Positions 40,096 to 47,443 are shown, counted from the first letter of the stretch. The stretch: 64,000 bases of DNA from an uncultured Lachnospiraceae bacterium (GCA_902788755.1 CADALB010000011.1:3059-67058), one strand, 5' to 3'. The notes: a model not told the origin generated them from the letters alone. A program made the numbers and translations.

Positions 40096-40346
40096 CAAAA
40101 AAGGATACGGTTATCCGTCTGGAAAACGGGCTGGAGGCAAGACCTATCGCATTGCTCGTTCAGGTAGCCAGTCAGTATGAGAGCTCGGTGTATCTCGAGT
40201 ATGGAGATAAGAGAGTGAACGCCAAGAGTATAATGGGAATGATGACGCTGGTTCTTGTGGCGGGAGATACCGTAACGGTAACCGCGGACGGATCTGATGA
40301 GGAGATGGCGGTAGATGCCATTGTTACTTATCTGGCGGGTGAATAA
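40092..40346 (+). CDS. HPr-family protein lacking the His15 phosphorylation site (Crh-like)
   Basis: ATGA overlap with whiA. G13-L14-E15-A16-R17-P18 (GAG at 40134-40136) replaces the GIHARP motif. The Ser46 context NAKSIMGMM is intact. Confidence 0.85.
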   Translation: MTKKDTVIRLENGLEARPIALLVQVASQYESSVYLEYGDKRVNAKSIMGMMTLVLVAGDTVTVTADGSDEEMAVDAIVTYLAGE

Positions 40347-40366
40347 AACCCTATAAAAAGGGAGGA

Positions 40367-40397
40367 TGCCAAGTAGCTTGCTACTTGGCATTTATTA
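40367..40397 (+). terminator. candidate intrinsic terminator ending the hprK...crh-like operon
   Basis: 10-bp stem TGCCAAGTAG / CTACTTGGCA with loop CTTG, followed by TTTATTA (weak T tract). Confidence 0.55.
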
Positions 40398-40570
40398 TGA
40401 AAAAGTATTCGCAATGTTTTTGTCTCATCTTATGGTGTTAGTATAGTTCACATAAATGTATAAAAAATGTTCCACAAATGAAAAGTTTATAAATTAAATA
40501 TGAACAAATTATGAACGTATGATTCGTAAAAGTGCATTAAATCCTATTCGTAAAATAGTGAAAAAACACA

Positions 40571-41482
40571 ATGAAAATCGATGAAAAAGACAGAATACTG
40601 TCACATATTATAATAAATGTTGACAAAAATATACCCAGAGGACCCATATCGTCATTTTGCACAAACGTAAAGAATGAAAACCCCAAAATTGAGTTTACAT
40701 ATCTATGTTATGACAACCAAATTGCAGGATCGGATGTAAGCTGTTTGTCGAATCTGATCAGTTCATTTAGTGAAAATCCGGATTCATTATTCATAATTAC
40801 TGATTCCGAAGCGGTAATCTTGTTCACAAGTAACAATAATCTGGCAAGTGCGGCTCTTTATACCGATGGCAATCGCAATTGCAGCTTTTCAGAGGTCTTA
40901 TACTGTATCGAAGATATAGAACTTATGTCATATGACCGTATATATAAAATGTGGCAAAGATATTTCGGGATTCCGTGGACGATAAGGGTAACCGACCGCC
41001 TCATTATAAGGGAACAGACAATAGACGATATTTCTGCACTTTACGATATCTACTCAGATGAAGAGGCCTCAAGATATATGGAGGATCTGTACAAAGATCC
41101 GGAAGAAGAGAGGGACTATCTTCAAAAGTATATAGACAACCAGTACAGGTTTTTCGAATACGGAGTGTGGGCACTTACGCTTAAAGACTCCGGTAAACTT
41201 ATAGGAAGAGCAGGGCTGTCCGCAAGGGAAGGTTATGACGCGCTTGAAATCGGATATATATTGGGAAAGTCGTACAGGGGACAGGGATATGCCACAGAAG
41301 CGGTCACGGCTGTAATGGAATATGCCGAAGAAGAACTTGATGTCCATGATTTTATTGCTTTTTCAAAAGAGAAGAATACAGCAAGCCTGCGGCTGCTCGA
41401 AAGCCTTGGTTTTACAAGGAAAGGTTCGGCAAACATAAGGGGCGGAAAACATAACGTGTATTCTTTGACCAAACTGCAATAA
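40571..41482 (+). CDS. two-domain protein: unknown N-terminal domain fused to RimJ/RimL-like GNAT acetyltransferase
   Basis: The C-terminal ~170 aa are GNAT-like (WALTLKDSGKLIGRAGL, YRGQGYATEAV, SLRLLESLGF). The N-terminal ~130 aa have no motif I recognise. No Shine-Dalgarno sequence precedes ATG 40571. Confidence 0.65.
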   Translation: MKIDEKDRILSHIIINVDKNIPRGPISSFCTNVKNENPKIEFTYLCYDNQIAGSDVSCLSNLISSFSENPDSLFIITDSEAVILFTSNNNLASAALYTDGNRNCSFSEVLYCIEDIELMSYDRIYKMWQRYFGIPWTIRVTDRLIIREQTIDDISALYDIYSDEEASRYMEDLYKDPEEERDYLQKYIDNQYRFFEYGVWALTLKDSGKLIGRAGLSAREGYDALEIGYILGKSYRGQGYATEAVTAVMEYAEEELDVHDFIAFSKEKNTASLRLLESLGFTRKGSANIRGGKHNVYSLTKLQ

Positions 41483-41523
41483 AATGGTAAAATAATTGGT
41501 AATCTGACCGATTGGAGTTTGTA

Positions 41524-42405
41524 ATGGACGAAGAAAAAAAGAAATCAGCCGGATCCGGTGACGGAAGGATCCTTTCGTATATAGGCCTGGGATTAATGTT
41601 ACTGTCGTTTATTCTTGCGGTTGTAGTTACTGACTCTACAGGCAGCGATTATTTTACGGAGAACATCATTCTGACCTGTGTACTTGCTCTTGCGGTTATT
41701 GTTACTGCCGCCGGGTACCTTATGGTGGGTATTATAGTGGCCGCCGTTGCAACAGTTGTATTTGCCGGACTGAAGATTTATTCGATTACCGCACTTCAGA
41801 GCGATTTTCCCACCATATCTTTCTTGTGGATACTGCTGCCCGCAATGTGTGTGGCCGGAATTGCTTTGTATATTAAGCGGTATTCACCGCTTGTTCTTGA
41901 AAACGCTATTCTGAAAAAACAGATCGACGATCTTGTTATGATAGATCCTGTCACGGGGTTATATAATCTCAGAAGTCTGTTTATGGATTTCCAAACTCAG
42001 ATATCATATGCAGAGAGAAATGACAGCCCCATTTCTTTTATGATCTTAAGGCTCCGATATCCTGCGGAAATGAAGAAAGTTCTCAAACCTTCCCAATACG
42101 AAAAGGTAGTTAAGCAGCTGTCACTTCTTATAGTGGATACGGTCCGCTTAGAGGACAGGGTGTATTCTATTGATGAAAACGGCGGATTCGGTATAATTCT
42201 TACCTGCGACAGGGATGGTACGAAGATCGTTGAGAAAAGACTGAGGGACAAGCTTTCCGATTCGAAATGGTTTGAGGGCATTTCCGACAAGCAGATCAGA
42301 ACCGAAGTTAAGATCGGATACTTGCAGTATGACAAGACAAAATATAATCGAGATGCCAACAGCTTCAAGAGTGACGTTGAAGATGAGGTTGAATATGATA
42401 TGTAG
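41524..42405 (+). CDS. membrane protein with degenerate GGDEF domain
   Basis: GGAG 6 nt upstream of ATG 41524; the track start is TTG 41512. Four TM helices, DPVTGLYNLRS entry motif, and ENGGFGIIL in place of GGDEF. The stop TAG lies inside repeat copy 1. Confidence 0.7.
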   Translation: MDEEKKKSAGSGDGRILSYIGLGLMLLSFILAVVVTDSTGSDYFTENIILTCVLALAVIVTAAGYLMVGIIVAAVATVVFAGLKIYSITALQSDFPTISFLWILLPAMCVAGIALYIKRYSPLVLENAILKKQIDDLVMIDPVTGLYNLRSLFMDFQTQISYAERNDSPISFMILRLRYPAEMKKVLKPSQYEKVVKQLSLLIVDTVRLEDRVYSIDENGGFGIILTCDRDGTKIVEKRLRDKLSDSKWFEGISDKQIRTEVKIGYLQYDKTKYNRDANSFKSDVEDEVEYDM

Positions 42406-42493
42406 ATAGGGGGGACCGCGAAGCGGTGGGACCCTGTCTACACCGCGAGGCCCATCGCGAAGCGATTCAAAATGGCCGAGCGACCTTATTACA
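42401..42493 (+). repeat. structured GC-rich intergenic repeat, copy 1 (two hairpins)
   Basis: TGTAGATAGGGGGGACCGCGAAGCGGTGGGACCCTGTCTACA + CCGCGAGGCCCATCGCGAAGCGATTCAAAATGGCCGAGCGACC + TTATTACA. Flanked by the direct repeat ATGTAGATAGG (42400-42410 and 42493-42503). Confidence 0.8.
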
Positions 42494-42513
42494 TGTAGAT
42501 AGGAGAGACAATT

Positions 42514-43473
42514 ATGAAATATTTCATCACGGGCGGAGCCGGTTTTATCGGCTCGAATATGGCAGACAGACTGTTGTCTGAGCCGGAAAACGAAGTAGTT
42601 GTATATGACAATTTCTCCACCGGAAGGCATGAGTTCCTTGCGGAGGCGCAAAAGAGTGAAAGATTTACCCTTATAGAGGGAGACACTCTTGATCTTGCGG
42701 CGCTTACCGAAGCAATGAAGGGCTGTGAATTCGTATTTCATTTTGCGGCAAATGCCGATGTCAGGATGGGATGCGAGCACCCCAGGAAGGATCTTGAGCA
42801 GAACACCATTGCCACATATAACGTTCTTGAGGCGATGAGGGCAAACGGTATTAAGAGGATAGGCTTTTCTTCAACGGGATCGGTATACGGAGAGGCTGAG
42901 GTCATTCCGACTCCGGAAAATGCTCCGTTCCCTATACAGACATCTTTGTACGGCGCATCAAAGCTTGCATGCGAGGGCCTGCTTGCCGCTTATGCAGAAG
43001 GCTTCGGATACACGGCATATATTTTCAGATTTGTTTCAATACTCGGAGAGCGCTACACGCACGGTCATGTGTTTGATTTTTGTAAAAAGCTTTCCGACGA
43101 TCCGACGAAGCTCCACATCCTCGGAGACGGACACCAGAAAAAATCATACCTTTATGTCAAGGACTGCATGGAGGCTATCCTTACGGTTATAAAGAATGCG
43201 AAAGATAAGGTTAATATATATAATCTCGGAACGGACGAATACGTAGAGGTAAATGACTCGGTAAGATTTATATGTGGAAAACTCGGCGTAACACCGGAGT
43301 TTACATATGAAGGCGGGGAGCGTGGATGGATAGGTGATAATCCATTCATATATCTTGATACGTCAAAGGTAAGGGCACTTGGCTGGAAGCCGAAAGCAAC
43401 CATCGAAGAGGGAGTTATCAAAACGGTGGAATATCTGCAGGCTAACCCGTGGGTGTTTGCTGCAAGGGATTAG
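42514..43473 (+). CDS. NAD-dependent epimerase/dehydratase (extended SDR), candidate nucleotide-heptose epimerase
   Basis: GGAGFIGS Rossmann motif and YGASK catalytic motif. First gene of the heptose module; substrate is inferred from context only. Confidence 0.8.
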   Translation: MKYFITGGAGFIGSNMADRLLSEPENEVVVYDNFSTGRHEFLAEAQKSERFTLIEGDTLDLAALTEAMKGCEFVFHFAANADVRMGCEHPRKDLEQNTIATYNVLEAMRANGIKRIGFSSTGSVYGEAEVIPTPENAPFPIQTSLYGASKLACEGLLAAYAEGFGYTAYIFRFVSILGERYTHGHVFDFCKKLSDDPTKLHILGDGHQKKSYLYVKDCMEAILTVIKNAKDKVNIYNLGTDEYVEVNDSVRFICGKLGVTPEFTYEGGERGWIGDNPFIYLDTSKVRALGWKPKATIEEGVIKTVEYLQANPWVFAARD

Positions 43474-43500
43474 ATGGCGTTAATTTCGGGAGAGGGATAA

Positions 43501-44475
43501 ATGATCATAGCAAGAAGTCCATTACGAATAACACTTGGCGGCGGAGGAACGGATCTTCCCTCATATTACGAGGAAAGAGAAGGCTTCCTTATTTCTGCTG
43601 CCATAGACAAGTATGTTTATATTACACTTCATGAAACCTTTGAAAAGGGGTACTTTCTCAAGTATTCCAAATTCGAAAAGTGTGAGGAAATAGATGAGAT
43701 ACAGCATCCCATAATCCGGGAGGCATTAAGACTCCTTGACTGGAAGAGGCCGTGTCTTGAGCTTTGCTCTATGGCTGACATACCGGCAGGAACAGGTCTC
43801 GGATCATCAAGCTCCTTTACGACAGCCCTCCTCAGGGCGCTTCATACAATGCAGGGAAATATTGTCTCCACACGTACTCTTGCGGAGGAGGCATGCGAGA
43901 TAGAGATGAACAGGCTAAAAGAGCCTATCGGTAAGCAGGATCAGTATATCGCAAGCTACGGCGGTATCACCTGCATGAACTTCCACAGGGACGGATATGT
44001 ATGGGTCGATCCTTTGAGAATATCCGATGAGACCCTGTATAACCTTGAGGATAATCTGATACTGTTCTTTACGGGATTTTCGCGCTCTGCCGGGAATATA
44101 CTCAAAGAACAGAACGACAAGAGCAAGCAACATGACGAGGATATGATAAAGAACCTTGATTTTGTGAAGGATCTGGGATATCAGAGCAAGGATGCGCTTG
44201 AAAAGGGTGATCTCGACACGTTTGCGGATATTATGAACACCCACTGGGAATACAAGAAAAAACGGTCCGGCGGTATGAGTAATCCTCAGATTGATGAGTG
44301 GTACTCTCTTGCACTCGCAAACGGAGCACAGGGCGGCAAGATGATCGGCGCAGGAGGCGGCGGATTCCTGATGTTCTACGTCAAGGATAAGGCAAGACTT
44401 CGTGATGCCATGAGAAATACGGGAATGAGTGAAGTCAGGTTCAGATTTGAAAAGGAAGGTTCGAGGGTTCTATGA
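43501..44475 (+). CDS. GHMP-family sugar kinase, HddA-like (D-glycero-D-manno-heptose 7-phosphate kinase)
   Basis: MIIARSPLRITLGGGGTDLPSYY start and GHMP motif PAGTGLGSSSSF. Context with gmhA, gmhB and hddC-like genes. Confidence 0.75.
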   Translation: MIIARSPLRITLGGGGTDLPSYYEEREGFLISAAIDKYVYITLHETFEKGYFLKYSKFEKCEEIDEIQHPIIREALRLLDWKRPCLELCSMADIPAGTGLGSSSSFTTALLRALHTMQGNIVSTRTLAEEACEIEMNRLKEPIGKQDQYIASYGGITCMNFHRDGYVWVDPLRISDETLYNLEDNLILFFTGFSRSAGNILKEQNDKSKQHDEDMIKNLDFVKDLGYQSKDALEKGDLDTFADIMNTHWEYKKKRSGGMSNPQIDEWYSLALANGAQGGKMIGAGGGGFLMFYVKDKARLRDAMRNTGMSEVRFRFEKEGSRVL

Positions 44476-45791
44476 CAGGTCCCACAGATGTTCAGGTTGT
44501 GGTACTTATGGGGGGACTCGGTACCAGACTGAAGGAATACACAAAAGAATGTCCTAAGTCTCTTGTCAAAGTATGCGGCAAGCCGTTTTTTGATTATCAG
44601 CTGGAACTTCTTACTGCATGGGGATTTAAGAAATTCCTGTTTCTTATCGGATACAGGGCCGATATGATCGAGGAATACTACGGGGACGGCAGCAGCCGTG
44701 ATATATCCATAAGTTACAGCTATGACGGAGAAAAGCTTCTCGGAACGGGCGGAGCGGTAAGGCGGGCTCTTGACCTTCTTGAGGATGATTTTCTCCTTAT
44801 TTATGGTGATTCCTTTATGGATATAGATTATGCAGAGACACTGTATCGCTATCAAAGGGGTAAGGAGGAGGGAGCACGGGCTCTTATGAGCGTTCTTCGC
44901 AATAACAACAGGTTTGATAAGAGCAATGTTGTTATGGATGGCGGAAAACTTGTGCTGTATGACAAGAAAAATGCGACACCGGACATGGATTATATCGACT
45001 ATGGTGTCTGTATGTATGAAAAGTCGTTGTTTGCCGCATACGGCGAGGACGAAGCTTTTGATATTGCCGAGATACAGCACGATCTGTCTGTCAGAGGCGA
45101 AATGACGGCACAGATAGTGACGAAGAGGTTTTACGAGATCGGAAGCCCGGCTTCCCTTGCGGAATTTTCCGGATATGTAACAAAGAGGTTTTCTGAAAAT
45201 CATCCGGCGGTGTTTGTTGACCGTGACGGTGTGATCAATGAAATTGTATGGAATGATGACATAGAACAACTTGACAGCCCAATGAAGGTATCGCAGTTTT
45301 CCTTCCTTCCGGATGTTGCTGAGGCACTTCGGATATTTAAGGAAAAGGGATATTATATCTTCGTTGTGACGAATCAGCCCGGAGCGGCGAAGGGCAAAAC
45401 GGATCTTAAGACACTTTATGATATTAATACATATATGATTGACGCCCTTGCAGGCGAGGGAGTTGATATCGACGATCTGTTTATGTGTCCCCATTATCCG
45501 AAGGAGCTGGGACTTACAAAAGAGAAGTTCCTGATAAAAAAATGTAATTGCAGAAAACCTGAGCCGGGACTTATATACAGGGCAATGAGAAAGTATTCGA
45601 TTGATATGTCGGGATCATATATGATAGGGGATTCGTGCTCGGATGTTGTTGCCGGATCCGGTGTAGGACTGATGACGATCTTTATAGGAGATCTGAAGTG
45701 CGATCTGTGTAAAAAGCTGGGAGATATTTCACCGACTTATATAGCAAAGGATCTGTTTGACGCAGCACAGATAGTGCCACAGCAAAGGTGA
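44472..45791 (+). CDS. bifunctional heptose 1-phosphate nucleotidyltransferase (HddC-like) / D,D-heptose 1,7-bisphosphate phosphatase (GmhB-like)
   Basis: N-terminal LMGGLGTRL nucleotidyltransferase fold. C-terminal HAD domain FVDRDGVIN with zinc-type CPH...CNCRKP and MIGDS. Confidence 0.8.
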   Translation: MTGPTDVQVVVLMGGLGTRLKEYTKECPKSLVKVCGKPFFDYQLELLTAWGFKKFLFLIGYRADMIEEYYGDGSSRDISISYSYDGEKLLGTGGAVRRALDLLEDDFLLIYGDSFMDIDYAETLYRYQRGKEEGARALMSVLRNNNRFDKSNVVMDGGKLVLYDKKNATPDMDYIDYGVCMYEKSLFAAYGEDEAFDIAEIQHDLSVRGEMTAQIVTKRFYEIGSPASLAEFSGYVTKRFSENHPAVFVDRDGVINEIVWNDDIEQLDSPMKVSQFSFLPDVAEALRIFKEKGYYIFVVTNQPGAAKGKTDLKTLYDINTYMIDALAGEGVDIDDLFMCPHYPKELGLTKEKFLIKKCNCRKPEPGLIYRAMRKYSIDMSGSYMIGDSCSDVVAGSGVGLMTIFIGDLKCDLCKKLGDISPTYIAKDLFDAAQIVPQQR

Positions 45792-45860
45792 TAACCCTGT
45801 TGGGTTCACAATAGTCTAATTGTTTGGAAATAAGTAATACGGGAAAAGGAGGGAACAATT

Positions 45861-46418
45861 ATGACAAAAGACTACATTAAGCAATACCTTGAGGAAACCA
45901 TGCAGATAGCACAGACGGTATCGCAGGAAGAGATCGAAAAGGGTATTGCGATCCTTCGTGAAACGAAGAAGAACGAAGGAAGACTGTTTATTCTCGGAGT
46001 CGGCGGAAGCGCGGCAAATGCTTCGCATGCGGTCAATGATTTCAGGAAGATCGGCGGGATTGAGACATATGCGCCTACCGACAATGTATCGGAACTGACG
46101 GCAAGAACCAATGACGAAGGCTGGGAAACAACCTTTACGGAGTGGCTGAGGTGCAGCCATTTGAATGGGAAGGATTCCGTTATGGTATTCTCGGTCGGCG
46201 GCGGAAGCGAGACAACATCACTTAATATTGTAAATGCGCTTAAGCTTGCCAAGGAACGGGGCTCAAAAATCATTTCCATAGTTTCGAGAAACGGCGGATA
46301 TTCAAAACAGGTCAGCGATGCCTGTGTTTTGATACCTGTTGTGGATGATAAAAGGATAACTCCTCATGCAGAAGGGTGGCAGGGAGTTGTATGGCATCTG
46401 ATGGTAAACGCATTGTAG
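45861..46418 (+). CDS. gmhA: SIS-domain phosphoheptose isomerase
   Basis: GGAGGG RBS and ILGVGGSAANASHAVNDF SIS motif; 185 aa. The stop TAG lies inside repeat copy 2. Confidence 0.8.
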   Translation: MTKDYIKQYLEETMQIAQTVSQEEIEKGIAILRETKKNEGRLFILGVGGSAANASHAVNDFRKIGGIETYAPTDNVSELTARTNDEGWETTFTEWLRCSHLNGKDSVMVFSVGGGSETTSLNIVNALKLAKERGSKIISIVSRNGGYSKQVSDACVLIPVVDDKRITPHAEGWQGVVWHLMVNAL

Positions 46419-46505
46419 ATAGGAGGGACCCGCCGAAGGTGGGAGGAACCTGTCTACACCGCGAGGCCCTTTCGACGAAGTCGAATATTAAATGGCCGAG
46501 CGACC
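46414..46505 (+). repeat. structured GC-rich intergenic repeat, copy 2
   Basis: TGTAGATAGGAGGGACCCGCCGAAGGTGGGAGGAACCTGTCTACA + CCGCGAGGCCCTTTCGACGAAGTCGAATATTAAATGGCCGAGCGACC. Same orientation as copy 1. Confidence 0.8.
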
Positions 46506-46539
46506 ACCAGGAGATAAATAATGATTAAGGAGGCATAAA

Positions 46540-47259
46540 ATGAATGTTAATGATCTTACCATAACGATATACGCTGACGGAGCGGATATCGAAGGAATGA
46601 AGGAAGAATACAATAAAGGTATCGTAAAGGGATTTACAACAAATCCGACGCTTATGAAGAAAGCCGGAGTAAAGGATTACGTTACTTTTGCGAAGGAATG
46701 TGTCAGGGAAATACCGGATCTGCCGCTTTCACTTGAAGTTTTCGCGGATGATTTTCCCGGGATGGAAGAGGAAGCCAGGATCATATGCGGACTCGGAAAG
46801 AATGTGTTTGTCAAGATCCCGATCACTAATTCAAAGGGCGAGTCAAGTATTCCTCTGATCAGGAAGCTGTCCGCCGAGGGACTGAAGCTCAATGTTACGG
46901 CAATACTTACGATGGAGCAGATTGAGCAGACTGTAGATGCTTTTGCCGAAGGAACCGAAAACATTGTTTCGGTATTTGCCGGAAGGATAATGGATACGGG
47001 CGTCGATGCGGTACCTATGATGAAGAAGGCAAAGGAGATTGCATCAAAAAAGCCGGGAACACTTACATTGTGGGCAAGCTGCAGGGAAGTGTACAATATC
47101 ATTCAGGCACAGGAGTCGGGGACGGACATAATAACAGTCACTAATGCGATTCTGGCAAAACTTCCCAATTTTGGCAAAGATCTTTCACAACTTTCTCTTG
47201 AGACGGTTCAGATGTTTGTGAATGATGGCAAGAGCCTCGGATACAGTATTCGCGCGTGA
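46540..47259 (+). CDS. transaldolase / fructose-6-phosphate aldolase family protein
   Basis: AAGGAGG RBS. GFTTNPTLM and VKIPIT blocks are typical of small transaldolases. Confidence 0.85.
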   Translation: MNVNDLTITIYADGADIEGMKEEYNKGIVKGFTTNPTLMKKAGVKDYVTFAKECVREIPDLPLSLEVFADDFPGMEEEARIICGLGKNVFVKIPITNSKGESSIPLIRKLSAEGLKLNVTAILTMEQIEQTVDAFAEGTENIVSVFAGRIMDTGVDAVPMMKKAKEIASKKPGTLTLWASCREVYNIIQAQESGTDIITVTNAILAKLPNFGKDLSQLSLETVQMFVNDGKSLGYSIRA

Positions 47260-47334
47260 TTCTCTTGTTAAGTTGCATAATTAATCTGAATAATATACAG
47301 ATTTGTGGTAATTATTCACAAAAATATGCAAAAA

Positions 47335-47363
47335 GTTGACAAAACCGCATAACTGCGATATAT
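47335..47363 (+). promoter_or_regulatory. near-consensus sigma-70 promoter of the histone-like gene
   Basis: TTGACA (47335-47340), 17-nt spacer, TATATT (47358-47363). Confidence 0.6.
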
Positions 47364-47443
47364 TTCTTATTGCACGTAACGATTTTGCTTAATTTTAAAG
47401 TGTTTTATGATGATAAAGGAAGCTTGAAAGGAGAATTATTATC

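Noticed and set aside
40397-40441. Tiny ORFs starting MKKY right after hairpins: MKKYSQCFCLILWC at 40397-40441, and a 26-codon ORF from 52241
   Set aside because: Neither start has a Shine-Dalgarno sequence, and only the first four codons are shared. The similarity is better described as a shared DNA block (see finding).
42401-42485. Repeat copies acting as ordinary rho-independent terminators
   Set aside because: None of the three copies is followed by a T/U tract in either orientation. Copies 1 and 2 sit between genes that look co-transcribed.
42403-42498. Possible stop-codon readthrough or coding extension through the repeat; all three copies stay open in frame for 31-44 codons after the TAG
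   Set aside because: The peptides agree only over the first hairpin (IGGT..RW..PVYTARP in copies 1 and 2). A 4-nt indel shifts the frame in the second hairpin, and copy 3 is inverted. Conservation therefore follows base pairing, not codons. GC-rich sequence is also naturally poor in stop codons.
44376-45494. 372-aa minus-strand ORF, the longest antisense ORF in the track
   Set aside because: It lies entirely opposite the GHMP kinase and the nucleotidyltransferase/phosphatase genes, whose translations carry clear family motifs. Its own translation is low-information (I/K/F/L-rich), with no motif or RBS. It is a shadow ORF.
42401-46505. Integron-like gene cassette with attC sites
   Set aside because: There is no integrase gene, no GTTRRRY/RYYYAAC core sites at the repeat ends, and the bracketed unit is a four-gene pathway rather than single promoterless cassettes.
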